From Mobula hypostoma (lineage: Eukaryota): a DNA stretch of 64,000 nt. Under the pieces are notes generated by a model. It was not told the DNA's origin. It did not search any database and worked only from the letters and a program-made list of their open reading frames with translations. This document shows, in pieces, positions 12,851 through 25,785 of this stretch. Positions within the stretch are counted from its first letter, which is position 1. Every line of letters begins with the position of its first letter. The DNA lies in assembly GCF_963921235.1 (NCBI RefSeq), contig NC_086097.1:133612001-133676000 (forward strand), written 5' to 3'. The position numbers were made by a program, and so were the translations under genes.

Positions 12851-13835
12851 CACTGGTACCTGTCACCATTGAAAATTGCACGTTAACCAGTTGTGAAATG
12901 CCAGCACAGGAGAAATAATCTGAAACATTTCTCATTTTGTAGCATTATTTAACACTGTTTTTTGTTGTTGTTTTAAGAGTTCTGCAAAATTATTTTCCAG
13001 AACAATTATTTTGTTAACCATTTCAGCAAGATTTGAAACATTGAAGGCACAAATCTTAAATTCCCTGTCCTAAATCCACTGCACCTAAGAGTCTGGCAAA
13101 AGAGGACTTTCAGAGCTCAAAGTCAACACAGTTGGTTGGAAGTTAAAGCAATTGAACCCATGTGGACAATACTGTTTCATTTGTTTTTACAGAGTATTCA
13201 GGTTAAATATCTCTTTCCAACAAAAAAACTCTTCAGGAAATATTAACAAAGAGCTGATTGTATCTCTGTGGAGTGTGCATAAATGTTTAGCAATGCAAGG
13301 GGTGGTAAAATTTAAACTGAGAAATGTTTCAGAACTTTGGAAAAGATGATAATTAAGAGTGAATAAAGTACAAAATGTTGGGGAAATCCATCTGGTTCAA
13401 ACAGTGGGTCGACATGTGAAATGGTTAGCGCTTTAAGCCCACTGACGAGGAAAAGAGATCAGAAAATTTGATCGCAATAATGATTCATTTGCAAGCTCCA
13501 TTCATTTAATTGAACAACTTAAAATGTAATTGAGGCAGGACCAAAATTATGCTTGATTCTGCCCCATTTAATGTGGTGGGATATTTTAGTGTGGCTGCAA
13601 TCAATTTCCTTGTAAAGCTGTCTAAAGCATACATGAGAGCTTGCACTGGGCATGAGCTATTGTAAAGGGGGAGTGCTAGAGGAACCAAGGACCAGGATGT
13701 AGGATTATGGTACAATGTAGTAGCGATGAAAGTAATTTGGCCCATCGTGACTAGTTCTGGAAGGTGATCTTCCCTCTTGCAAGTATATGTGAAAAAAGAG
13801 TGGTATTTTGAAAGGAATTGGAAAGTTAATTCCAT

Positions 13836-14744
13836 TTACACCTCGGACTTCAACTACTGCACAGAGTCTTGTCATCTTCAGAAGTTTTCGGATGACTCTG
13901 CCATAGTTGGATGCATCAGCAAGGGAGATGAGGCTGAGTACAGGGCTATGGTAGGAAACTTTGTCACATGGTGTGAGCAGAATTATCTGCAGCTTAATGT
14001 GAAAAAGTCTAAGGAGCTGGTGGTAGACCTGAGGAGAGCTAAGGTACTGGTGACCCCTGTTTCCATCCAGGGGGTCAGTGTGGACATGGTGGAGGATTAC
14101 AAATACCTGGGGATACGAATTGACAATAAACTGGACTGGTCAAAGAACACTGAGACTGTCTACAAGAAGGGTCAGAGCCATCTCTATTTCCTGAGGAGAC
14201 TGAGGTCCTTTAACATCTGCCGGACGATGCTGAGGATGTTCTACAAGTCTGTGGTGGCCAGTGCTATCATGTTTGCTGTTGTGTGCTGGGGCAGCAGGCT
14301 GAGGGTAGCAGACACCAACAGAATCAACAAACTCATTCGTAAGGCCAGTGATGTTGTGGGGATGGAACTGGACTCTCTCACGGTGGTGTCTGAAATGAGG
14401 ATGCTGTCTAAGTTGCATGCCATCTTGGTCAATGTCTCTCATCCACTACATAATGTACTGGGTGGGCACAGGAGTACATTCAGCCAGAGACTCATTCCAC
14501 TGAGATGCAGCACAGAGCGTCATAGGAAGTCATTCCTGCCTGTGGCCATCAAACTTTACAACTCCTCCCTTGGAGGGTCAGACACCCTGAGCCAATAGGC
14601 TGGTCCTGGACTTATTTCATAATTTACTGGCATAATTTACATATTACTATTTAACTATTTATGGTTCTATTACTATTTATTATATATGGTGCAACTGTAA
14701 TGAAAACCAACTTCCCCTGGGATCAATAAAGTATGACTATGACT
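13836..14744 (+). mobile_element. Young 5'-truncated Rex1/Babar-type LINE (RT C-terminus in an open frame)
   Basis: CHLQKFSDDSAIVGCI, LQLNVKKSKELVVDLRR, YKYLGIRIDNKLDW, LYFLRRLRSF in ORF 13777-14598. Tail caataaagtatgactatgact. Confidence 0.9.
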
Positions 14745-14821
14745 AATTGAAAGGGGAAAGAACAGGGTTGGAAGTAACGGGAGAGCTTTTCAAACAGGAA
14801 GCACGGGCATGAGGAAAGGAT

Positions 14822-15000
14822 AACACACACAAAATGATGAAGGAACTCTGCAGGCCAGGCAGCGCCAGTCCTGATGAAGGTTCTCAGCCCAAAACGTTGA
14901 CTGCCTACTCTTCTTCATAGATGCTGCCTGGCCTGCAGAGTTCCTCCAGCATTTTGTGTGCGTTGCTTTGGATTTCGAGCATTTACAGATTTTCTCATGT
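14822..15000. mobile_element. PLE-derived hairpin mini-element with degenerate HHR
   Basis: Inverted arms aacacacacaaaatg...ggccaggcagc / gctgcctggcc...cattttgtgtgcgtt around cagtcctgatgaaggttctcagcccaaaacgttgactg. Confidence 0.7.
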
Positions 15001-15049
15001 CAATGAAAGAGTGGCCACTTGATGGTCTGCATCATTTTGTGATCATATA

Positions 15050-15785
15050 ATAGAGTCATGGAGTGCAGCACAGAAGCAGGCCCAACTTGTCTATGCCAGT
15101 ATGATGCCCATCTACCTTAATCCCATTTTCTTGCATTAGGTCCACATCCCTCTCGTACAGGGGTTCCAAACCTGGATTCTGTGGACCCCTCAGTTAATGG
15201 TAGGATCCATGGCATAAAAAAAGTTGGGAACCCCTGCTCTAGTACATTCCTATAAATGTACCTATCCAAATTCCTTTTACACATTATAATTGCTTCTACT
15301 TTTATCAACTGTTCCGGGAGGTTTTTCCTTATGCTCACCCTCTCTATGTGAAAAAGTTGCTCCCTCAGACCTTTAAATCCACCCGCCCCCCCCCCCTTAA
15401 ATCTATGTCCTTTAGTTTTAGATCCTTAGCTTGGAAAAACTATTATCATCGCTATCTGTATCTCCATAAGGTTTCCTGCCCACCAGTAAGAATAAACACA
15501 GCATCTCCGATCTCTTCTAGTTGCTAAAGGCTCAAATTCCAGGCAATATCCTGGTGAGCCTCTTCTGCATTCTGTCTAATGATAGCATTCGGACATCCTT
15601 CCTTCAGTGTGGTGACCAGAACTTTACACATTACTCCAAGTACTGCCCAACCAATGTTTTATAGAGCTGTAACGTGACATCCTAATTCTTATACTCAGTC
15701 TCTCAGCCTATGGAGGCAAGCACGCCAGATGCTTTCTTCACTACCCTGTCCACCTGTGTCACCATATTCAGTGAAGGATCAACTT
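15050..15785 (-). mobile_element. CR1 LINE 3' fragment (host of the MITE)
   Basis: QVDRVVKKASGVLASI peptide and CR1-type 3' UTR on the minus strand. Confidence 0.7.
15158..15236. mobile_element. 79-bp hAT (Charlie/Buster-like) MITE
   Basis: TIRs caggggttccaaac / gttgggaacccctg. 8-bp TSD ctctcgta (15150-15157) / ctctagta (15237-15244). Confidence 0.85.
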
Positions 15786-16980
15786 GCATCCAGTTGTCTT
15801 TCTTTGCACCGATGCTTGTCAGGTCCCTTCCATTTATGGCCTTGCCAACGTTTTTATATCCCAAAATTTTCCCAACCTCTTTCACTCCAGAGAAACATAC
15901 ATCAAAGTTGCTGGTGAACGCAGCAGGCCAAGCAGCATCTGTAGGAAGAGGTGCAGTCGACGTGTCAGGCCGAGACCCTTCGTCAGGACTCACTGAAGGA
16001 AGAGTGAGTAAGGGATTTGAAAGTTGCAGGGGGAGGGGGAGATCCAAAATGATAGGAGAAGACAGGAGGGGGAGGGATGGAGCCAAGAGCTGGACAGGTG
16101 ACAGGCAAAAGGGGATACGAGAGGATCATGGGACAGGAGGTCTGGGAAGAAAGACAAGGAGGGCGGGGGGTGACCCAGAGGATGGGCAAGAGGTATATTC
16201 AGAGGAACAGAGGGAGAAAAAGGAGAGTGAGAGAAAGAATGTGTGCATAAAAATGAGTAACAGATGGGGTACGAAGGGGAGGTGGGGTCTTAGCGGAAGT
16301 TAAAGAATTCGATGTTCATGTCATCAGGTTGGAGGCTACCCAGACAGAATATAAGGTGTTGTTCCTCCAACCTGAGTGTCGCTTCATCTTTACAGTAGAG
16401 GAGGCCGTGGGTAGACATGTCAGAATGAGAATGGGATGTGGAATTAAAATGTGTGGCCACTGGGAGATCCTGCTTTCTCTGGCGGACAGAGCGTAGATGT
16501 TCAGCAAAGCGGTCTCCCAATCTGCGTCGTGTCTTGCCAATATATAAAAGGCCACATCGGGAGCACCGGACGCAGTATATCACCCCAGTCAACTCACAGG
16601 TGAAGTGATGCCTCACCTGGAAGGACTGTTTGGGGCCCTGAATGGTGGTAAGGGAGGAAGTGTAAGGGCATGTGTAGCACTTGTTCCGCTTACACGGATA
16701 AGTGCCAGAAGGGAGATCAGTGGGGAGGGATGGGGGGGACGAATGGACAAGGGAGTTGTGTAGGGAGCGATCCCTGCGGAATGCAGAGAGAGAGGGGGAG
16801 GGAAAGATGTGCTTAGTGGTGGGATCCCGTTGGAGGTGGCGGAAGTTACAGAGAATAATATGTTGGACCTGGAGGCTGGTGGGGTGGTAGGTGAGTACCA
16901 GGGGAACCCTATTCCTAGTGGGGTGGTGGGAGGATGGAGTGAGAGCAGATGTACGTGAAATGGGGGAGATGCGTTTAAGA

Positions 16981-17251
16981 GGAAGTGGGAGGAGCCAAAG
17001 GAGAAATTATTAAGAGAAAGGACTAATTCCGTTAGACGGAGCAGAGTGATGGTAGAGGGGAACTGATTAGGTCTGGAATCCAAAAAGAAGCGTAGAGCTT
17101 TGAGACCTTCCTGATGGGGGATGGAAGTATATAAGGACTGGACATCCATGGTGAAAATAAAGCGGTGGGGGCCAGGGAACTTAAAATCATCGAAAAGTTT
17201 AAGAGCGTGAGAATTTTCACGAACATAGGTCGGAAGGGATTGAACAAGGGG
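16981..17251 (-). pseudogene. PLE reverse transcriptase fragment (motif A region)
   Basis: QSLPTYVRENSHALKLF...IFTMDVQSLYTSIPHQEGLKAL...LVLSLNNFSF. Confidence 0.85.
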
Positions 17252-17303
17252 TCTCCGCCGCATCTGCTCTCAGGATGAGGCTTTTCATTCTAGGACGAGG
17301 GAG

Positions 17304-18047
17304 ATGTCTTCCTTTTTTAAAGAAAGGGGCTTCCCTTCCTCCACTATCAACTCTGCTCTTAAACGCATCTCCCCCATTTCACGTACATCTGCTCTCACTC
17401 CATCCTCCCACCACCCCACGAGGAATAGGGTTCCCTTGGTCCTCACCTACCACCCCACCAGCCTCCGGGTCCAACATATTATTCTCCGTAACTTCCGCCA
17501 CCTCCAACGGGATCCCACCACTAAGCACATCTTTCCCTCCCCGCCTCTCTCTGCATTCCGCAGGGATCGCTCCCTACACAACTCCCTTGTCCATTCGTCC
17601 CCCCCATCCCTCCCCACTGATCTCCCTTCTGGCACTTATCCGTGTAAGCGGAACAAGTGCTACACATGCCCTTACACTTCCTCCCTTACCACCATTCAGG
17701 GCCCCAAACAGTCCTTCCAGGTGAGGCATCACTTCACCTGTGAGTCGACTGGGGTGATATACTGCATCCGGTGCTCCCGATGTGGCCTTTTATATATTGG
17801 CGAGACCCGACGCAGACTGGGAGACCGCTTTGCTGAACATCTACGCTCTGTCCGCCAGAGAAAGCAGGATCTCCCAGTGGCCACACATTTTAATTCCACA
17901 TCCCATTCCCATTCTGACATGTCTACCCACGGCCTCCTCTACTGTAAAGATGAAGCCACACTCAGGTTGGAGGAACAACACCTTATATTCCATCTGGGTA
18001 GCCTCCAACCTGATGGCATGAACATTGACTTCTCTAACTTCCGCTAA
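17304..18047 (+). CDS. PLE ORF C-terminal part: RT thumb end, Cys-rich linker and GIY-YIG endonuclease (5'-truncated)
   Basis: FKERGFP, RVPLVLTYHP, PCKRNKCYTC linker, GVIYCIRCSRCGLLYIGETRRRLGDRFAEH, LEEQHLIF..LQPDGMN. Confidence 0.9.
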   Translation: MSSFFKERGFPSSTINSALKRISPISRTSALTPSSHHPTRNRVPLVLTYHPTSLRVQHIILRNFRHLQRDPTTKHIFPSPPLSAFRRDRSLHNSLVHSSPPSLPTDLPSGTYPCKRNKCYTCPYTSSLTTIQGPKQSFQVRHHFTCESTGVIYCIRCSRCGLLYIGETRRRLGDRFAEHLRSVRQRKQDLPVATHFNSTSHSHSDMSTHGLLYCKDEATLRLEEQHLIFHLGSLQPDGMNIDFSNFR

Positions 18048-18341
18048 GGCCCCACCTCCCCCTCGTACCCCAGCTGTTACTCATTTTTATGCACACATTC
18101 TTTCTCTCACTCTCCTTTTTCTCCCTCTGTCCCTCTGAATATACCTCTTGCCCATCCTCTGGATCACCCCCCCCCCGTCTTTCTTCCCGGACCTCCTGTC
18201 CCATGATCCTCTCATATCCCCTTTTGCCTATCACCTGTCCAGCTCTCGGCTCTATCCCTCCCCCTCCTGTCTTCTCCTATCATTTTGCATCTCCCCCTCC
18301 CCCTCCAACTTTCAAATCCCTTACTCACTCTTCCTTCAGTT

Positions 18342-18377
18342 AGTCCTGACGAAGGGTCTCGGCCTGAAACATCGACC
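18342..18377 (+). ncRNA. Minimal hammerhead ribozyme motif (stem III variant)
   Basis: AGTC-CTGACGA-AGGgtctcggCCT-GAAA-CATC-GACC. The mirror copy at 15955-15990 (minus) has GACA in place of GAAA and is probably inactive. Confidence 0.65.
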
Positions 18378-19244
18378 GCACCTCTTCCTACAGATGCTGC
18401 TTGGCCTGCTGCGTTCACCAGCAACTTTGATGTATGTTGCTTGAATTTCCAGCATCTGCAGAATTCCTGTTGTTCACTCCAGAGAGTAGCTTTCTAAAAA
18501 AAAAAATTAGCACTGAACTTGGGTAGAAGGGGAGTCAGAGGATGTTGGTAGTCATGTGAGAGAGAATAGATTACAGGGAAATGAGAGGGAACTGATTAAG
18601 AGGTCACAAAGACTGAATGCACTGAATGGCTTCCTGCTGTATAATGGAATAATCCAGAACCAATTTACTGCTTTCCCTTCATCTCTTTTTATTCTAACTA
18701 AAGGACTTTCATCAATGTAGGGTACTCCAGAATACTTTACAATTACCTCTGGATTTTTGAAGTGAAGTCACTGTTATAGGAAGTACAGTAGCCACTTTTT
18801 GCATAGCAACCTCCCACAGCAGGTAGTTTTTTTTGGGGACGTGTTGATTGAAGGATTAATGTTGGACAATCAGGGATTATCACCCTGCTCTTCTTTGGCT
18901 TGTGGTTTTGGAATGTTTGACATCCAAGGCCTTGATGTTAAGACGAATCAAAAAGCAAAGAGATGCTGATGTTAAAAATCTGAAATAAAATTAGAAAAGT
19001 CTGCAACCTCTCAGTAGGTCTGTAGGGTAACGTAATTGATGGAAATGTACAGGATTCACAACCACCGACTTTGGTTGGGGTTCACTTTAAGAGGCTGGTC
19101 TATTATAGCAACTCATTTATTGAACACAAAGCACAATTACGTAAAAGTCCTTTACGTAATTACCTATCACTTCAGGCCAGCCTTTGCACTGTACTTCATA
19201 TAAGGGACTGAGAATAAACCTCATTCTGATTAGTATTATCACAT

Positions 19245-21720
19245 AGAACACTACATTACAGCACAGAAACACGCACTTCAGTCCATCTAGTCTGTGCCAA
19301 ACTATTAATCTGCCTAGTTCCATAGACCTGCACCCGGATAATAGCCCTCCATACCCATCCCATCCATTACCTATCCAAATTTCTCTTAAATATTGAAACC
19401 GACTCCACACCATCACTTGTGTTGGCAGCTCATTCACTCTCACCACCCTCTTAGTGAAGTTCTCCCTCATGTTCCCCTTAAACACTTCATCTTTCACCTT
19501 TAACCTATGACCTCTAGTTGTTGTCTCACCTAATCTCAGTGGAAAACGCCTGCCTGCATTTAGCCTATCTGTAGTCTTCATAATTTTATATGCCTCTATC
19601 AAATTGGCCTTCAATCTTCTACGTTCTAGGAAGTAAAGTCCTAACTTATTCAACCTTTCCCTGTAACTCTGGTCCTCAAGTCTCAGGAACATCCTTGAAA
19701 ATTCCCTCTGCATTCTTTCAATCTTATTTACATATTTCTTGTAGGTAGGTGACTAAAACTGGACACAATACTCCAAATTAAACCTCACCAACATCTCAGT
19801 ACGTTGACTTATGAAGGTGAATGTGACAAAAGCTTTCTTTACTACCCTATCAACCGGTGACACCACTTTCAATGAATTGTGGATCTGTATTCCCAGTATC
19901 TCTGTTTTACCACACAGCCCAGTGAGCAACCACTCATTGTGCAAAATCTACCCTGGTTTGCCCTCCCAAACTGCAACACCTCGCACTTGTCTGCATTAAA
20001 TATCATTTGCCATTTTTCAGCTCCTTTTACCAGATGGTGCTGATCCCACTGCAAGCTTTGATAGTCTTCCTCGCTGTCCACTACACCCTCAACCTTAGTG
20101 TCATCTGCAAATTTGCTGGTCCAGTTTACCACATTATCATCTAGATTACTGACATAGATGACAAACAACAATGGACTCAATATTGATCTCTGTGGAACAC
20201 CACAGGCCTCCAGTCAGAGGCAACCATCTACAACCACCCTCTGGCTTCTCCCACTTAGCCAATGTTTAATCCTATTTATCACATCATCTTGATGACAAGC
20301 AACTAAATCTTCTTGACCAATCTCCCATGTGGGACCTTGTCATAGGCCTTTCTAATGTCTATGTAGACAACATCCACTACCTTGCTTTCATCAACTCTCC
20401 TAGTAGCTTCCTCGAAAAATCTCTTAAGATTGGTTAGACTGAATGTAACACACACGAAGGCATGCTGACCATCCCTAATCAGTCCCTCTCTATCCAAATA
20501 TGTCTACATCCTTTCCCTTTGAATACCTTCCAATAACTTCCTCACCTCTGATTTCAGGCTCACTGGCCTATAATATCCTGACCTATTCTTAGAGCTTTTC
20601 TTAGACAACAGGACAACATTAGCTATTCTCCAGTCCTCCAGCACCTCACCCATGGCAAAGAATGGTTTAAACATCTGCTAGGGCCCCTGCAATTTCCAGA
20701 CTAGCCTCCCACAGAGTCCAAAGGAACACATTTTCTGGCCCTAGGGATTCCTCCACTCTAATTTGCCTCAAACAGAAAACACCTCCTCCTTAGTAATTTG
20801 TATAGGTCCATGATCTCGCTGCTGTATTGCCTCACATCTATAAACTCATCGTCCATCTTCCGAATAAATACAGTTACAAAAGATTTATTTAAAATCTCCC
20901 CCCATCTCCCTTGACTCCACGCATAGATGACCACTCTGATCTTCCAGATGGCTAATTTTCCCCTTGCTATCCTTTTGCTCTTAATCTATCTGTAGAAGCC
21001 CTTAGGATTCGCCTTCACTTCATCTGCTAGAGAACCTCAGGTCTTCTTTTATCCCTCCTGATGACCTCCTTAAATGCTCTCTTGCATTTCCTATACTGCT
21101 TAGGTACCCCATTTGTTCCAATCTGTCTATATCTGCTGGTGTATCTCCTTTTTCTGAACCAGGGCCTCAATATCTCGCAAGAACAAAGGTTCTCTAAACC
21201 TGTTATTCTTGCCTTTTATTCTGACAAGAACATACAAATCGTGTACTCTCAAAATTTCACATTTAAAGGCCTCCCACTCACCAAGGACACCTTTGCCAGA
21301 AAACAACCTGTCCGAATACACACTTGCCAGATCCTTTCTGAATCCATCAAAATAGGCCTTTCTCGAATTTAGTATCTCAACTCATTGATCAGACCCAGCC
21401 TCTTCCATAACTAACTTGAAACTGACAGCATTTTGATTACTATTTGCAGTGTTCTCTGCGCAGTGTTTCTGCCACCTGCCCTGTCTCATACAGCCTTGCA
21501 TTTCTTGTAACAGCCTGCAATCTCTCTATAAATTTGCTCCTCTAAATCCTGCAAAACCTCTGTCTTCCCCTTCTTGCAACCAAGTCTCACTAATGGCTAT
21601 AATGTCTTAATTCCACGTGCTGATTCGTGCCCTAGGCTGCCTTTCCTACAATACTCATTGTTTCGAAATATACGCAGCTCGGATTAGTGCCACCGTACTC
21701 AATTCCTGGCTTTGTAGGTA
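19245..21720 (-). mobile_element. CR1 LINE ORF2 relic (RT region to 3' end)
   Basis: VDVVYIDIRKAYDKVPHGRL, PLLFVIYVSNLDDNVVNWTSKFADDTK, WQMIFNADKCEVLQFG, LERRRLKANLIEAYKI. Confidence 0.9.
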
Positions 21721-23144
21721 GGTTTAACAACATCTTTGTCTACATGTAAAAAAGAAACTTTTGTCTGAGTGCCATTCAGACAGGTCATTATTATATCAAT
21801 GAGCAAAAGGAAGTCATAATGCAAAATAATAGTGTTTCAGTTACAGAGAAAGTTCAGTGCTGGTAAGCAAATGAAGTGCAAAACTATGATGAGGTAGATA
21901 GGGAGGTCAAGAGTTCATCTTTTAGTGAAGTCCATTCAAGATTCTGATAACGTGGGACAGAAGCTGTCCTAACGTCTGGTGGGGCTGACACTGGGACACT
22001 GAAGAGACTCTCTTTATGAGTTGGAATTTTAATAATGCTATTTGTCATACCTTCATGATAACAACTGTGGATAACAATTAAATCATGGTAATTTCTTTCT
22101 TACGCATCTCTTGTCCCTGGGATCAGCTAGAGGAAGTGACGATGTTGTTCTTAATAGATTATATTGAATTTTCTTGGAATAAGGAGGGTTAACTGTTTAA
22201 TCAGCAAACAGGCTTTGGTTCATTTTTACATGATGACCCTATTTTGAGGAAGATTTTGGGGAAAGAGTGTGTTTGCAATTTCCTATTTCACTAAAGACAA
22301 TATCCTGCAGGCACTTTTCCACAGACACCAATATTGAGCATTCCCCTTCATATTAAATACTTGGAATATTCATGGAGAGGAAGATATTTCTAGGATTGTA
22401 TTAAAATTGCATCAGATTTCCCAAGAGTAGAATAGCTTGCAGCTGGAATCTGTTATTTGAACATTAGCAAGGATGAATGAAGACCAGAATGAAAAGCTGT
22501 TATTGGGTAAAGTGCATGTCAAATGAACTGTACTGATTCTATGTGGAGGTGGTGTTATAGTTAAATGACTGGAAGGTGAATGGTACACCGAGGTTCAAAC
22601 TTTTACCATGGTAGCAGTCAACAATTTATAATAAAAAAAAGTCTAAAAAAACTGGATTGTTGTAAATCCCATCTAGTTCATAAATGTCCTTCAAAAAAAT
22701 AAAATAAATCTGCTGTCCTCAGCTAGCATGTCCTCTTTGTGACTCCAGGTTCATGTGGTTGGATGCTGATTCATGGCCCAATGCTGTAGTACTGTTGCTC
22801 TTTGTGTTTTGACTGTGGCAGATGTGGTATGTGATGCTGCTGCAAGTAAAGTTTCCATTGTATCTGTACATACATGGATGTGTGCATATAATAATAATCT
22901 TGACTTTGACTACGTAAAAATAACAAAGTCAACAATCCTTGGCCAAAAGTGTATTGGTAAACAGCATATAGATAGAGAGTTAAGTTTTAAAAGGTTGAAT
23001 TTCTCAACTATGGTTACAAATTGAATACCTGAGACTGTTACATTGCTGAGAATCAGCACACCATGTGACTCTATTGACCATTAAAAATACCTGTCTGCAC
23101 AGAAGAGATAGTGGTCTATACTTAAAATTGCAATGCAGAATCCA

Positions 23145-23495
23145 TCCTTCCTCCCCCCCGCTCCCCTCTTCCTCTATTCTCCACTCTGGCCTTTTTATCT
23201 CTTTTCACCTGCCTATCACTTCTCCCTGGGTCCCCTCCTCCTTCCCTTTCTCCTATGGCCCACTCTCAGCTCCTATCACATCCCATCTTCTCCAGCCCAC
23301 CCACCTGGCTTCACCTATCACCTTCCAGTTAGCCTCCTTCCCTGCTCCTAACCCAGCTTCTTATTCTGGTGTCTTCCCCGCTTCCTTCTCAGTCCCGAAG
23401 AAGTGCCTCGGTCCGAAACGTCGACTGTAAACATTTCCGTAGATGCTTGACCTGCTGAGATCCCCCAGCATTTTGTGTGTGTTACTTTGGATTTC
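23145..23495 (+). mobile_element. PLE 3' UTR/pseudo-LTR relic with mutated HHR
   Basis: Pyrimidine-rich UTR as at 1110-1330, followed by agtcccgaagaagtgcctcggtccgaaacgtcgactg at 23391-23427. Confidence 0.75.
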
Positions 23496-25042
23496 TTTTT
23501 TTTTTGCTTTGTTCCGTATTTGGACAAAATCTCAAGGGTCAACGCTGTCTGACATTACATTTCCAATCTTATTCTAATTCAGAGGGATGGATAGGATCGG
23601 ATAGAAATATCCACAATTTTCACTGATGCTGCAGTGTTGTGCTGACTTGTGAAACCACTGCTGGAGTGGTATGGGCAATTCCGGTCTTTGAAACCAAAGG
23701 AGGATCTGATTGCCTTAGAAGTGGTGAAAGGATTGATTTCAGAGAGGTTCGTTCTGCGAGCAAAGAGACCTTCTTTTCATTACAGAGAGAAATAAGAGCC
23801 GGTCACTTTGAAACAAAAATCTAAGAAGGGATAACAAGAAGAATAATGATAACCAAATGGGAAAATTAATTCTGTAATGGTTTTGCAAAATGCATGATAT
23901 AATAATAACTGCATTTCACACTATTGAAATAATAATTCTGAAATACAACTTACTTGACTTCTATTGAGCTGAATTTCAGTAGTGCAAAGAGCTGATGCTG
24001 CCATTTTGTTTCATTAGAGTCACCAATTAACAATGGATTTTGTAGGTATGGTACTCCTGGTTGTAAATGCAAATAAGGAGCTGGCCTTTAGGGTGAAGAT
24101 AGGGAATTTCTTCATCCAGAAGCTTATGACCTTTGGATTTCTCCAGCGCCAATTAGCTATCAGAAATAGGGGACAGGCACATTAGCAACATCTAAAGGCC
24201 ATCTTGGTTCGTACATGGATAGGAGAAGTGTAGCGGGCTATTGCCCGAATGCAGGCAGATGAGACTTGCTCACTGGGCAACACGGTTGAGATGAACGAGT
24301 TGGGCTGAAGGACCTATTACTCTTTTGACAGAAGTATTGTGTTTTTGAACTAGAACAGTTCCACTGTGTTTGAATTAATTCCATGAGAGTTTGAACAAAG
24401 GTATACTTACGAGATGTGCATATTTACTAAAGGATTTTTTCTTTAAAAAGCAATAACCCATGGTGCTTACTCTGGCTGTAGTATCGACATGACAAATGTT
24501 CTCCTCTCAAGGAACTTAGACCTTAACAGTAAATTAGTTTAGGCCACCAAACAGGCAGTACTCTAAACATTACCACTCTCAAGCTTGAGAATGTCAGGAT
24601 TTCCTGAATTTAATGATGCATCTGCTATTTAAAGTTTTGTATATATTTTCATTTCAGAATAATATATTTTGGCAGAAATACTCTTGACTTGGGAATTGTA
24701 ATGTAGATCAAGTTTTATATTTATAGTTCAAGCAAACTCTTGAATGTTGAGTGGTCATGAAATAACTATTGTGTGACTGTTTATATTGACCATGAATAGC
24801 ATATTGAAAGAACGTTTTTTTATTCCTTGAATTGTAGAAACATCTGATCGTTGTGTGGCTCAGATATGGGTAGGCAGTAGCCTCCAGCAAACTGTTGTTC
24901 ACTAGTCTCCACTGACCCACTCTAGAAATGCCTAATTTTCAAAATCTCTCCTATTCTTGCACACTTGCCTACCTACCTTCTCCAGTCCTCTGAACTCCAA
25001 GGATCTTAGTTTTCCTCTAATTCCAGGCTCTGAATTTAATCC

Positions 25043-25269
25043 AAACGCGAGAAAATATGCAGATACTGGAAATCCAAGCAACGCACACAAAATGCCAGAG
25101 GAACTCAGCAGGCCAGGCAGCATCTATGGAAAATAGTATACAGTCAACGTTTTGGGCCGAGACCCTTCATCAGGATACATGAAGGGTTTCGGCCCAAAAC
25201 GTCGACTGTTTATTCTTTTCCATAGATTCCTCCTGGCCTGCTGAACTCCTCCAGCATTTTGTGTGTGTT
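25043..25269. mobile_element. PLE-derived palindromic mini-element (two inverted HHR-containing halves)
   Basis: Arms are symmetric about cccttcatcaggatacatgaaggg. 16-bp TSD gctctgaatttaatcc at 25027-25042 and 25270-25285. Confidence 0.85.
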
Positions 25270-25785
25270 GCTCTGAATTTAATCCCTCTGTCTTTGGATT
25301 CAAGACTTCAGTTCTCTGCCTCTCTGTTCTTCTTTAGGATCGCTCCTACAAGCTCATTCACTGCATGAGCTATCACTCAGTTGTATTGTTATCCCCATAT
25401 TGACATTTGGGTGTTAGATTTGTTTGTGACAATCTTACCCGTTTCACATTTTACACTTTAAGGACACCGTGAGTGTAAGGGTTTGCTGTTCCTGACAGAC
25501 ACAAATCACGAACTAACACAGACATGCCTCAGCACAAATTGAAACCAAAGGGTTAATCCCTTATTCTCAGTTGGACAAATAAAAACACCAGAGACAGATA
25601 CTCTAGTCAAGACTGCCTGTCTGTATGCACAAAACTGATGTGAAAAGTCATGCCAGACAGAAACAGGCTCTTTGTCCTATTAAGGCCATGCCAACCATCA
25701 AGCATGAATTGGCATTAAACCTGCAAGCCTGTGTATCATCAGTTCTATGAAGGCTGAACAGGCAAACAGAACTGTAATAATTCCT

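Larger units (their letters stand above)
15894..18472. mobile_element. Penelope-like element (Neptune-type) insertion with a long inverted duplication
   Basis: 15894-16980 is the reverse complement of 17357-18438. RT piece on the minus strand at 16981-17251; plus-strand copy from 17252. TSD ttcactccagaga at 15881-15893 and 18473-18485. Confidence 0.92.

Noticed and set aside
16613..17263. 216-aa ORF as an intact protein
   Set aside because: The RT fragment is fused by a deletion to an out-of-frame reading of the downstream PLE region.
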